Below the pieces are notes generated by a model that saw only the letters and a program-made list of their open reading frames with translations, was not told the DNA's origin and made no database searches. A program made the translations under genes and the position numbers. A stretch of 63,363 nucleotides of DNA, the filler included, from Collodictyon triciliatum (lineage: Eukaryota), in assembly GCA_043381765.1 (NCBI GenBank). It is 15 parts of 15 records of this genome, joined end to end, with 100 filler letters (N's around TTAATTAATTAA, not from the genome) between each part and the next. Parts side by side here need not be neighbours in the genome. Positions count along the whole stretch, not along the records: positions 11,633 to 16,070 come from JBHJMP010006099.1; positions 16,171 to 20,605 come from JBHJMP010006100.1; positions 20,706 to 25,141 come from JBHJMP010006101.1; positions 25,242 to 29,677 come from JBHJMP010006102.1; 11 more parts are not named here. One strand, written 5' to 3'. Shown in pieces: positions 11,773 to 25,329 of the stretch; positions within the stretch are counted from its first letter, which is position 1; the number at the start of each line of letters is the position of its first letter.

Positions 11773-13902
11773 GAAAACACCTCGTCTCCGTCGGGCTGTG
11801 TGGCGACCTGAACTATCTTGACCCCAGAAGCCCCGCTGGTCCAGTACGCGTCGTTCGTGGCCACAATAAAGCCATCACTGCCCTTACTTATGACCAGCAA
11901 CGCAAACGCATATACACCGGAAGCTACGATGGTGCTATTCAAAGCTGGTCTCTTGAAGGATTAGCTGTCAGTTAATCACATGCAACTATATCTCTTATTT
12001 TTATTATTTTTATTTTTATTTTTAAACTCCTAATCCTTCTGGCCATCCTCCGCACTTTTCGATATGCTCCTCTACTTGCTTGTATACAAGTCAAGTAATT
12101 ATATTTGGGTTTACTTATTTTTTTCCTCTTTTTTTCTTTTTTAATTTTTTTAAAGGATGCCCCTGGATTCACCGGCGCTGGACACACAAATGAGATCAAG
12201 AATATGCTGGTGCATGGCCAATCGCAGGTGATTAATGTGTTTATATATGTGAACACAAGCCGCAAGAATATTATCGCCTTCTTTTTTCTATGATATATGT
12301 CCTATGATGCTGAATATAATATGTAGGCTCTTATTTCGGTGGCTCTCGATGACACTATGAGGACAACAAACCTCAATACCAAGACATACTCTCAATCCAA
12401 CACTATCAAACTGACGAGGTGTGTCATCACAGTTTATATTGCTAATCATTTGAGTCTTCGTACAATGAATTATATTTTGATAATAATTGCGCCTCTGATC
12501 TGTGCAAACTCTTTTCTTCAAAAATACAACATGATAAGAAAAAAAAGAGAAAGGAAAGAAAGGACGAGGAACTACTCACATTAAATTAGACCAGTGAAAA
12601 GAATACTTAAAGTGTTTTTTTCATCGAATTCCCAGCGCTCCTACTGGTGTTTCGACTTGTGATGCTACGCCAGACATCACTGTAGTTTCTACGGTCAAGT
12701 CCATAGATGTATATCAAAGAGGTGCCCTTCTTTCTTCGACTCCATTAACCTACAAACCAACTGCTTTGGCGGTCGCGCCAAATGGTGTCAGTGTGAGCGT
12801 TGCTGGGGACGATAAAGTGGTTTGCAGCCAGATTTTTCTTCAGTTATATGTGAACAAGTTAATTCGTACTTAACTGAACTATATCATGAGTTAAATTCAA
12901 CAATGTATATGAGTCAGGTTGAGAGCTGTCACTCTTTTTTTCTCTCCTTTTTTTTTCCACATAGTATTCTCATAGCATATATTTTCATTGTTTTCATAGC
13001 AGCAGTACGGTTTCAAATACGACCACTTATGCTAATTCTCTGAGATATAACATCGCATCTCACTTTTGTGCTTTTAAATCGGAATATCTAGATACACATC
13101 TATCGCATCGGCGAAGGTGGACAGCTGCAGTTGTTGGGTGAGTTGAAGGAGCACCGAGGCATCATAACAGCTGTTGCTTACTCTTTTGATGGAAGGTAAA
13201 TCACCGTTAAATGACAATTAATACCTTTTTGGGGGAAATATACTCCAATAATCTCCAAAGAGCCTCAGTTATGCTCCAGATCAGAGAGCATCATGAAAAA
13301 TTCACATGAGTGTCTTTTTTGAATGCTAAAACTCTGGCTCGACTATTTCTCCTGTATTCAAAGTCTATAACATTCCTGTGCTTTAGGTTTCTCGCCACCG
13401 CCGATGACAACCGCGAAATCATCCTGTGGGATCGCAGGACAGCAACTCCTTTCAAGGTTTTTCACAAACACTTTTTCTTCTTTAGTTTTGCTTGCTATTT
13501 TCTTTTTCTTTTTTCGTATTTTTTATTTTGTTCTTTGAATCGAAAGGGAAAATAATTCTCTTTTGTACTCTTTCACTTCTCTATGGCGTTACTAGACAAC
13601 GACAGTTGTTTTTTCAATGGAACCATGTCAATCGAAGTGAATTGTTACAATCTATCTGTAGTCCGGACTCAGCTACCACACCGGCCGTATCAATACACTG
13701 AGCTGGTCTCTTGACTCCCGTTACCTTGCCAGTGGATCACTCGATCTTTCCATCATTTTGTGGGATGTTCACAACGACTTCCAAAGGTAATCAGCTCGCT
13801 CAACTCACGGTCTTGAAAAATAATCCAAAGTCAAAATGTTCTCGTGTGTGGCTGAGTACTTTCTTTCTCTCTTTTTTCTCTTTTTTTTCTCTTTTTTTTT
13901 TC

Positions 13903-13972
<70 letters not shown>

Positions 13973-14558
13973 CTCTTTTTTTTTCTCTTTTTTTTTCTCT
14001 TTTTTTTTCTCTTTTTTTTCTCTTTTGTTTTTAGTTATATCTCCTAGAGCTTCACATCCTTTTTTTTTTTTTCGAAACGCAGCCCTAATATATTTACTGC
14101 ACAGTTTAAAGAACAATTTAAGAAATTGAAGTGTTAGGTGAAGTAGTTGGCTCTATGATTGATAAATAAAATGGATTTAACTATTCCCTTATCACAGAAC
14201 TGTCGCATCTCGTGCCCACCAAACAGGCGTCAACAAGGTGGAATGAATTTTCTTTTTCTTTTTTTCTTTTTCTTTTGTTCTTTTTGTTCTTTTTGTTCTT
14301 TTTGTTCTTTTTGTTCTTTTTGTTCTTTTTGTTCTTTTCTTTTTCTTTTGTTCTTTTTGTTCTTTCTGTTCTTTCTGTTCTTTTCTCTAATATTCAAGTT
14401 TTCACTTGCCTGTAATGAATCCACCCAAGGAACTTTGAGCGAAGGACAGATTATTTAACATGGCTTATTCTCGCCGCTTGCAGCTTCTCTTCCTGGATGG
14501 CAGCATCCTTGTTTCTGCAGGTCAGGACGGAATGGCGAAGATTTGGGTGGTTTCATAA
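11773..14558 (+). CDS. WDR1: WD repeat-containing protein 1 / actin-interacting protein 1 (C-terminal part, multi-exon)
   Basis: Exons encode HLVSVGLCGDLNYLD...VRVVRGHNKAITAL...IYTGSYDG, GAGHTNEI, ISVALDDTMR, EHRGIITAVAYSFDGRFLATADDNREIILWD, YHTGRINTLSWSLDSRYLASGSLD and LVSAGQDGMAKIW; stop at 14556-14558. Confidence 0.9.
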
Positions 14559-16009
14559 CGCGTGGATGGGTTCTCCTCTTGTCTTTTTTTCTCTTTCTCT
14601 GTCTTTGCTTTCAATTCTCACCATTTTACTCTGCCCTTGGAGGGAGGCAATGGCCCGATGATTGTGTGCGGTTCTAGAGTCTGTGAGTACGCAGAGATTG
14701 AAAGCTATGATTGCAGGATAGATTGGATAGGCACGAGTGAATTCAGGAGTTTAGAAAAAATTTCTACTCCCACAACATAAAGGTGAAGTGAAAGATGAAG
14801 TCCAGGGCGCTCCAAGAGTTTCATTCAGATATTTTCTGATATGAAGTATATAGTTGATTATCAATAATTTACTCTTCTCCACAACATTTCTCTGCCGTAG
14901 TGATATTATTCGGTTTTATGGGAGGTTAATTCAAGGGGAGAAAAATATTATGACATTAAAGAGATGAAAGCGACACAGAAATCAATAATGATGTCAACAT
15001 AAAAGTGAAAATATATGGAAACAAAAAAAAACCAACAACTTGATTATGTGAAGGGGCTACAGAGTGAATAATATTTCAAGCATTCGGATGCGCACCGAAC
15101 ATTGAAACAAGTGGTGATGAAACAATAGTGATAACCAAAAATTAAGAAGAAAAAAATGTATATATAAATTCAGAATTGTTTGCGGTGTCGCTTGCGAATG
15201 TGGAGACCCGCCGATTGGCTGAAAGGAGGACTCTCACGTGTCCTTGCTTGGCTTCGTGGGCCTTGAAAACTTTTTACTGATTTCTGTGTTTTGGATGAAA
15301 CCAGCGTGTCAGAGAGGCTTCGAAGGGTACGGAGAAATGGATATGATTCATCGCAAAGTATCAAATGTCGTATATGTATATGTATGTGGATGTGGATGTG
15401 GATGTGGATGTATTCATGATTTTTGGCATGGCTCCAATGAATGGTTATCTGCTATACTTGTCACTGCCTGGTAATACTGTGTCTCTTCGTCCTCCGGAGG
15501 CTCATCAACCAGAGCCATCAAATTGGAACGAGGCATTGACTCCATTTGCCGAAGGATTTGCCTTCGGTCTTCCGGCTCTGGGGAATTCTGTACTCCAACG
15601 GAGAGAAATGAAGACAAAGAAAAATAAAAAGAAACAAAATATCAATTAGCCAACTATATGGGTATCGTAGGGCGTCAGTGGCTCATGGGGTACTGATGAA
15701 ATGATATATATCACGCAAGACCTCGATTAGGTCTGCATAGCTGACGATGAGAGGAACCACAAATCCTTCATATCTGGTGTCTGGGACAGGCGTTTTTGAT
15801 TGCTGTAGTAGAAATAAAGAAGTAAGATAATGTCTGTCGCTTGCTTCCCTTTTCTTTTTTTATGTTTTTTTTTATGTTTTTATGTTTTTGCTTTTTTTAC
15901 AAAGTTCATGTTTTTTTATGTTTTTTTATGTTTTTTTATGTTTTTTTATGTTTTTTTATGTTTTTTTATGTTTTTTTATGTTTTTTTATTTTTTTTTATG
16001 TTTTTTTAT

Positions 16010-16070
<61 letters not shown>

Positions 16071-16170
16071 NNNNNNNNNNNNNNNNNNNNNNNNNNNNNN
16101 NNNNNNNNNNNNNNTTAATTAATTAANNNNNNNNNNNNNNNNNNNNNNNNNNNNNNNNNNNNNNNNNNNN

Positions 16171-19100
16171 ACCTACATACAATTTAACTTAGTTAACTGG
16201 TCACGATGGTATAATTCATGTTTTATATTTTCAACACTCTCTTAATTATTTTTTCTTAGCCCTGATGGTGGATATTCAGCATATGAAATCAACCTACTGT
16301 CCAGGAAATCTAGCGAAGGCGGCCTGAAAGCTGTATTCTAATATTAATTAATTTTTCTTTAAAAAAAAAAAAGTTAAACCACATTCATTGCCATCCATGG
16401 TTTTTGTATGGTAGAGGCCTTATTTATGACGAAATTCATCACCGTGCATAACACAGGGGGAGTATATCAAAGACGTTCAAACATCAACTATTGGGGAGTT
16501 CTGGGCATTGACTTCACTCAATCGAATATTTTCTGGGGCTGTAACTTCAAGAGAGATGATTGAGATTCAGGTTGTTTAGAATAATCAATATAATAACCGA
16601 TCTTTTTCTTCATCTTTCAAAGTACCATACAAATTCGACAAATGCGACTTATGAGATAATATGAATAATCCCAACACATTTTATTACAATACCTATCCAA
16701 TCAAAACATTTTTTTTTATTGTCAGTCTGGCGCTCCAGAATCCGTCCCTATGTTTATATTCTCAAGAACAGATGGAGCCCTTCTCTCTGTAACCCCCCAA
16801 AATTCGGTCAGCGATGCTCATATTAAGACCATGAAAATTTATTTTTCTCGGCTCTATTCGAGTGTGATTAGAAAGGAAACCAAACAATTTTCTCTACCTC
16901 CTAGATAGTATCAACACTTGCGTAATATGCTACCAACTTCTGAACTAATCCCACATGATTATACGTCAATCCTCATCTAGATTTCAGATTTATCCCTGGC
17001 GTACATCATTCCACACAAAAATGAAGTGATATCACCAAGAAAGCCATTAAAATCAAATCCGATTCTTACATGCCCTTTTCAATCCTGGTCAGACAATATA
17101 ACCTCCCTGGTTCACACCATCGACTATCTGGACCAAGCCCATTATCATATGGTGTAAGCATTTTTCCTCTCATTTCCTCCTTACAATGTTATGATGTGAT
17201 TCATCATAACTGAGTTCCATATATATTAGCATGATTTACACAGGCGAAAATACGCCGTCGTTCTCTCTGTTGACGTCGCAAGCAAACATTTCAAAAATTG
17301 AAGCGAAATCATCATCAAATCCATGTATATTTGCTCTCAATATAATTTACTAATAAAAGCAGTTTCAGATTCAACTAGACAGAATTTCCTTCTTTTAAAA
17401 CCAATAAATTTTTTCTTTATCGAACAGTTGGCTCCTTCATGCAGACCACTACAAACTTCACTCTGGAGAATAACAGTATAAATATAGGATTAACGCTCAC
17501 TTACCAATTACTGTGTTAGTTCGCTATCCTTATGATTCACAATCTAATGTGGGGGGTTTTTTTTTACTCAGTTAAATACATTTCGAATGTCACGTTTCCA
17601 ACCACCCTTGGGGCTGAGACGCGCACTGATGTACGCCTCTCTACATCTATCGGTAGCTTAGCTTGTCCTGTGCACCAGAAAGTGACTTTTCTACCACACA
17701 TAATAAATTATTTATGCCTTAATATACGTGCACATTTCTTAGTGTACTTTTTAAAAATCAGAGAGAAAACTGTTAGCATAATGCACATATTTCCACCTAG
17801 TATTTAGATACAAACCATCAATAGGTTATGCAAATCAAATGGGGCTGTCCTTTGGGAAAGTCGATTCAAGTTTCCCAATTATCATACGACCCGGCAGACT
17901 GTCCTGAATGGGATGGGGCCTCAATCTCGGAGCACATCAACCCGAAGGACATGTATGAGTTCCAATCATCTTCATTGTTTTAATTACACACACTCATATT
18001 TTTTTTTTCACTCGCAACCTTTTGGAGGCTGGTTTATTTTTAAACACGGAAAAACCATATCACGTAAAGCAAAAGGAAACCTTTGCTCACCACGGATGAG
18101 CTTAAGCAATACAATGTGTCTATCTTTGGTTGTCCAATCAAACGCAGAAATGTATATCATTAAAATTACCCTAATGAAGACATCCAAACGGCTGTAATTT
18201 AAAATGATTGCGCTTTTTTAGCTAAAGACTGCTGATATTGTGAATTTCTTGATTTGATTAATATATATTTGAAATATAATACTTTTGTTAATAGACCAAC
18301 GAAGCTTTTCTCCCTCGTCTGACTTTACTTCAAGACGGAATACCTGTAGGCTCTGTAAAAGCGAACTACGTCATCTATGAAGTGAACGGACGTTCAGACT
18401 TTTCATACAACCTCACTGAGACAGATGTATTATCCTGATTCAATATGGTCATATCAATTAACATATTTTTTTTGGTTAGAAAATTATTATTCTCGAATTC
18501 CTAATTTTAAATATTGAACAAAACAAATTATTTTTAATTTTACTTTTAAAAAATACTAATATTATCAATCACCTGAAGGTTAGATGCCTAGTTCGCCAAA
18601 TGGGATGGAGCGAAAGACTGAAAAATGTAACACAAATAGGAACAAACCATCAATAATTATTTTACCGGAAGAATAAATAAACCCATGTTTTAGAATACGA
18701 AAATTATTTTGAAAAGTTTAATCACAATTTATTTATTTATTGTGGTTGTTCGTTTCTTGGTAGAATACCGACCCTAAATATGCTTGGACATCAAGAAATA
18801 TGATGAACTGCTTCGCATCTAATTCTTCAATTGCCGGTGCCAGAAGCTCTCCTTATGAGGTATCAATAAAGCCCCCACGATGAGTATGCACATAGTTAAT
18901 CATGTGTATAAAATATGGCGCCGGGGATTACTACCAATCTCACTGCCAATTGTCTGTGTATTCTCATACTCTCGAATTACAATTTCTTTTCCTATGATTC
19001 ACGGATAGATTCTCAATGGAACATCAAAGAACGCCATAACCTTCCACAAAGCGGAGGGGCTTTTCATTTTTCAGATTCGTATTGTGGAGCCGTCATATAG

Positions 19101-19490
19101 GCGAGTCCCCTACACGGTTTACTTGCCTAATGATAACGTTGAAAAATAGTGACGTACCTTTTTTTTTTTATTTTTATACGAGATTATATCCTGTAATTTG
19201 GCGCTCTTGTTTAACAATATTCTATCAAAATACAGCTTTTGCGACCTAACGACTTTTGTGGCTTTTGACATTCATCCGAAGCCCAAGGAATTGCCAGTAA
19301 CTTTGATTGTGATTTTCGTGGTGATTGCAATATTTGCCATCGTTATTGGCTTATCCTACTCTGTATTTCGCAAGAAAAAGAGGCATTGAAAACATAATAA
19401 AGCTTTTTCTCTCCTTGAGGCATGACTAACAACACTCTATGATTCGATACTTGAATGCCTTGCCCGAAGAAATGAAAAATGTGTAACTTT
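16171..19490 (+). pseudogene. Probable decayed multi-exon single-pass membrane receptor
   Basis: Many short exon-like segments with GT-AG borders. There is a clear TM helix LPVTLIVIFVVIAIFAIVIGLSYSVF followed by RKKKRH and preceded by a GPS-like CDLTTFVAF. In-frame stops appeared in the exons I tried to translate. Confidence 0.35.
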
Positions 19491-19866
19491 TTACAAACTG
19501 GATGAGAAATTTTTTTTTTTTTTGACGTGAGACATGGTGATATATGGCTTGAAAGAAAAATTCACAAGTAGTCATGATGGAATCACCATAAAGCCGCAAC
19601 GAGAGGGTTTTATCACAGTGCCTTTTTTTATACGTACTTAAATTTTTTCCCTTTATTTTTATGTATGAAAAGCTGTATGAAAATGGTATAAGGAATTGGT
19701 AATGACCATATTACCAACTCTGCAAGATTGAGGTGAAGGAATAAAGTAATTAAAGATGAATCCGTTTGGGATTGACCGGCAAAGAGAAGAGAAAGATAAC
19801 GTTCCAAACAATCCTATCTAAAGCGCAAAAATTATGTCGTTTAAATGCTCCTGGAAGGAAAGGGTG

Positions 19867-20605
19867 CTACAAACGGGCCATGTACTTTTGAAACAGCTTG
19901 AAATGGGCAACACAAGATATCTTCTCCTCACATGCTTTTCGCAGGTTTTTTAACGTTAACCCTTTTGATTGCAGCTTGTCTTTTTCCAAAGGGCGCAGGT
20001 CTTTGAAATGCACAAGATTGACAGTGTCTTTCATTTCCCATTCGGGATTCCAATTCAACTTCACAGGAAAGATATCAATCGACCGCTTCGAGCGTTGATA
20101 GAATTCGCTATATGAGCCGTGAACCCCAAAGCCATAGTCGGTTTGTAGGCTTGATTGCGACAAGATGAATGCAAGAAATCTTTTACGCGTGCTGCGCAAG
20201 CTCCTGAGGTTGAGTAGCATAACAGATGTATCGCATGTTTTGACTTTCTGAGCGGCAAGCTTGCGAGCGCATGAGATGTAGCTATATTTTCGAAAGAAGG
20301 GTGTTAATATTTACATAAGCAGACAATATAATATTCAAATATTGTCTGTAATAACTGCATAAGAAGTGTCATTTACGAGCGCATATAAAAAATTATGATG
20401 CAAACTTCGGCCATCCATCAAAACTAGTTGGTCGTACATCTTCGACAAACAGAACATCCGGGGTTGTGTAAAGAACATAATTTAACGAATAAATGTCTTC
20501 AATCAAGGGTATATCTGTAACAAAATAAGACAGGGAGAGTTCTTCGTAATTTGTAAATGGGAATGTCTTAGAAGGTCTTTTGGGAAATTCAATAGATTTC
20601 TCCCT
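19867..20605 (-). CDS. 5'-partial glycosyltransferase family 8-like protein
   Basis: Exon 20605-20406 (YVLYTTPDVLFVEDV) splices over a GT-AG intron at 20405-20282 in frame to CDTSVMLLNLRSLR...HGSYSEFY...LNWNPEW...LVHFKDLRP. This follows the GT8 motif order (YxDxD, NxGVxLxN, DQGxxN, IVHFxGxKP). Confidence 0.6.
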
Positions 20606-21783
20606 NNNNNNNNNNNNNNNNNNNNNNNNNNNNNNNNNNNNNNNNNNNNTTAATTAATTAANNNNNNNNNNNNNNNNNNNNNNNNNNNNNNNNNNNNNNN
20701 NNNNNAAAATTATAAGATTTACAAATGGTATTTCTGAAGTCAAAATTGTTCCTGATGGGAATGGGCAATACTTTGGTGTGCAATCTGGCAAACGATTCGG
20801 TCCTGGGAAATTCCCTGACATCGAACACTGGGCTCAACGCGGTGGGTTTGGGGCAAATGAGAAACGTGAATTGAGAATATTATGGACGCTATCAAGGACC
20901 CCGAAAAGATGAAGGCGGTTGTATTCAGAGCACGCAAACTTTGATTTGTGTTGGGTGGTGCCTCGGTGCTTGGCTAAGACATTGGTTTAGGAACAGATCG
21001 AGAATGAATCCTGGCAGAAGTGTAACTAGATTTTGATATCATAGAAAATGTTAAAACAGCTTAGGCAATCTGTATAGTAACAACAATAGTTATCTATATA
21101 AAATCGAATGGGAAAAATATATGCTTGTGTGTCAGGATTTTCAGTCTCGCCTGTCATAGCACGTACTCATCAGTGCCAGTTTATACTCAACAAATATATC
21201 AAATATAATATCATCAAACAGTTTAATTCAATTGAAAATTTGGAGTGATGTGGTTGTACGCGTAATGTTAAGTATATAAAATTATATCTAATTTTTTTAA
21301 AGTAATAAATTTAATATAACCATCAATAATCATATAATATCAGAATTATTATAATTTCCATATTTAAATTACCTATTTGGATATATTCATTGTATTATCC
21401 ATCAGTATTCTATAGCTTTCGTTTTTTATCATGCGCAACCACTGCGATCAGAAAAGCTGAGACGAAGGCAGAAAGCCAGGCGTCAAATCAGCGGGATCAC
21501 AGACGTTTGGGGCTGCTTTTGGGCGGCAACGGAATGCTTTAAAGTTCGCGCTGTCTCAAATAGCAAGTGATAAGCAGAAACTATGAAAGTATAAAACGGA
21601 AGAAAAACATCAAGAACTCACTTCGCTGCGAAGCTGCTCTACGGCACTTCTTTCTGCTTTCTGTTTTTTTGTTTTATTGTTTTTTATTGTTTTTTTATTT
21701 TTTTTTATTATTATTGTTTTGTTTTTGATTTCATCGTAGCTGATTTAATATAACATTTGACCATCGTTCTGTAGAGGAAGAAT

Positions 21784-24690
21784 ATGGTTGTCCATCGCTG
21801 CCCATGCCTCAATATCGCGGTCCACGCAGCAGACGAAGTCCGGCCATTGAGCACGCCGCAGACACCCGAGGGTTCCTCACAATCGTCTCTGAGCTCGTCC
21901 ATAGCCTCGAAGATCACAGAGTTTGTTGTTGCCGAAGAGATTCGGACAAAAGGCATCATCAAAGCAGTTGGCAAAGGCACCGTCGGAATGGGTGGAGTTA
22001 AAAAGGTACAAAATAATGTTCAACCATTTTTCTTTTTCCCTTTTTTTTTTTTTTAATTTTTATTATCTCTCTTTTCATCCTGCGGATTTCATTCAATCCA
22101 ACAGAGTATTTTTTCGCCTCCATGACATTTGATTTCATGCATATTTAATCAAGTCGATTAGTGAGAGTTGTTTTTGCAGCAGAATAAAGACCTAACATGC
22201 ACATCATATGCAAACAAATAATCAGGAATTCGAGGAACTTTCATCGGTCCATCAACTGTCGAAAACAATTAGAATATATCGGTGTGACAATTGCCTAACA
22301 AACTTTATGGCCACTTGCGATGAACTACCGCAAAACACAATTCTCTTGAATATGGATTTATTGGTAGTACATCGATCTATTCCATGAAATTCTTTTTCTC
22401 ATCCAAGTTTATCCGTGTTTTATGCACGTGCATATGATTAATGTAAACCTGCATTTATTTTTGAGCATGCTTGTATGTACTGTTCCTGTCCTTTTTGAAA
22501 AGGCATATTTTATTTTATTTGGCCTAAACTTTGCAAAAAAAAAAAATCACTAGAAAATTTCGTGTATGTGTACAAGAAACTGTGACTTTAGATACCATTT
22601 CTTTTTCTGCCTTACTTCATTCAGGTAGGAAATGATGCGTATGAAATCCGCTCGCAGCATGAGAAATATTCAAAAGCGTTTCGAATCATCCTTGATGAGC
22701 AAGATTCTGTCTCACCGGGTAAGACGCTCATGATAATTATATTTCTCCGAAAAGTATTATATTATTTTATCTATTCGAGCTTGAAAAAAATGCTTATTCA
22801 CTTTGTAGCATTGGGCCTGCTTTATAATAGAAATGTTCTACTGAATCTCTTATATTATTTTGACTTAATATAATTTATCGCTATTCTGAACCGGTCTCTT
22901 CCACTCATAGACGTCTCCCTTTCAGCTCTGAAGGACACCAAAAAGATTGAAGGTCGCCTGCAAGCGATGATTAGTGATTCGGAATCTATAGAAAAGCGCA
23001 TTATGCACGACCGCATAGAGTAATGCACTCGAAATGATAGAACCGCACAAAAAGAAATAATCAAACTCTTTATTTTCCAGTGATTGCTGATTCAACTGTA
23101 AATAATATTCGTGACAATCCATACTTATTGATGTGGCTATGAGTATATATTCTTACAGAGCTTTTGCATAATCCACAGGGCCTTTACACACAAGCAACAG
23201 ATTCTCTTCAAGAAATTTCAGTCTGAAAATGTCACCCAGAAGCAAACAATTATACAAAGAGCGGCTGATGCAAATCGAAAGAAGATAACCATCACCGCCC
23301 CATCTTCAAATGTCCAACCGACGATAGCGGCGTCCTCCAGTGCTCTGTCCAGTAATACTGATATTGCTTCAACTAAGAGGTGCATATTCCTTTTTCACTT
23401 ATTGTGATTTTCTCATTCTCGAGACCAAATAGAAGCCAATAAAACTTGATAACTCTTTCCTTTCTCATCTTTACTACTTTGTTCACATAACCCATTATTG
23501 AACCACGCTTTAGTTTGTCAAATCTAGCGTCAAATATCACGTCTCCGTCTTCAGCTACGACGTCTCAAAAGATGGTGAGCCCTAGCTTTTTTTTTTTTTT
23601 TTACATTTATTTTTGACTGTGTATATTGTTTCGAGTCATCGATTTGCGTTGGCTATTTGAGACAAGTGTATGCTAGGTAATGTCGGCTGCTATTCATGAC
23701 CTATCTTTTGGCGTTCCGTATAGACAATCTCCACACCACCACTCCCAGCAAAGACTATTGGCCTGACAAAACCCATGCCTACGCCATCGTCCCCACGATC
23801 CCAGAATTCAACCGTCAGTAAATCTGTACCAAAGACAATAGGCAAGCAAAAGCCTAGGCAAGAGGAGTCTGGAAGCGGTTTGTTCTCCACTGGCCCTATA
23901 AACATTTCATAACCTCGTAAATCTTGCATAGTGCTAGTCACTATAATTGCATCGGCAGGAATATCTTGCAAACATCTCTGGCGAGTAGCAAATTTATAAT
24001 CATGTGTAGTTGTTTTTAATCTTGTTTAGTTTCTTTTCAAAATCATATTGTCTTTTCTATGAATTTTTTTTATTTATTTATTTGTAGTGTTTTCATTTGA
24101 AGAGGAAGCTATCCTTGAGGAAGAAATGAAGTCGAGAGGCCAGCTCGACAAATATATTGCTGAGGAAGATGAAGAGGAACCCAAAGCATCGTCCAAGACA
24201 TCAAAAGGACAGCCGAGCGCAGCGGTAACACAATCACAAGGCATCAAACACACACGTGGAGGGAGTCAATCGGGAACAACCGCGCTCGGCTCATCATTAC
24301 CAATCAGCATTCCAGCCAAGTCAGTGGTGCCTTACTATAAAATTATAATCACAACCAAAAGACAGTGCTGCATTTCGGTACTCGTACTAAGATAAGAACT
24401 CTTTAATATTTATGTTTCTTAGTCCCAATATTTATCTATTTTTTACTTGTAGCGTCGGCCGGTATGCAGATGACAGCGACGAAGAAGAGGTTGGCGAGGG
24501 AAAGGTACGAACATCGGTATGCATATGCAACAGCAACCAATAGAAAAGAAGGGGAAAAAAAAGACATGCCGCAGAATTGGTGCTGACAACATCACAATAG
24601 GAGCGCCTGATGCCGCACCAAATTGCTGAGTCGATGTACGAAAACGCACCATCCTTTGGCTCATCTAGACGAAACATCGCTCTTATCTGA
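21784..24690 (+). CDS. PRAS40/Lobe (AKT1S1)-like protein, multi-exon
   Basis: N-terminal CPCLN and CDNC, a coiled segment, a Ser/Pro-rich linker, TOS-like FSFEEE, GSSLPISIP (human PRAS40 has FVMDE and KSLPVSVP) and C-terminal PHQIAESMY..FG; stop at 24688-24690. Confidence 0.5.
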
Positions 24691-25058
24691 GCTACGGAAA
24701 AGAAAAAAGAAAAAAAAGAGCAAAAAAGAAAACTATGGCATCGTTATCTCTTGAAAGAAACATGAAATACAGATTCCCCGAACAAAAAAATGGACTATTA
24801 ACCACATCATCTCACTTTTCTCTTTCCATCCACACTCCCGTTGAATTCCCTTGTCTTTTTCCAGACCACTGCTTTTGATGAGTATCCATGTGTGTATTCC
24901 TGCTCGCTAAAGGATGACCGCATAGACTTTTTGCCGATTCAATTAACCTCGCAGAGATACCCAAATACTCGCACAGAAGCCACGCCTTGGAGGCGGTCTG
25001 ATGCAGACGACTCAACGCACATCCTGCTTATGTCTTCACCACCACCACCACCACCACC

Positions 25059-25137
<79 letters not shown>

Positions 25138-25241
25138 CCAANNNNNNNNNNNNNNNNNNNNNNNNNNNNNNNNNNNNNNNNNNNNTTAATTAATTAANNN
25201 NNNNNNNNNNNNNNNNNNNNNNNNNNNNNNNNNNNNNNNNN

Positions 25242-25277
<36 letters not shown>

Positions 25278-25329
25278 CAAAAAAAAAATTAAAAAAAAAA
25301 AGCAAAAAAAATTAAACAAGTCTAACAAA

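Noticed and set aside
13711-14458. Poly-F/K/L/N ORFs from simple repeats here and near most scaffold ends
   Set aside because: These are translations of intronic or intergenic microsatellites and homopolymers.
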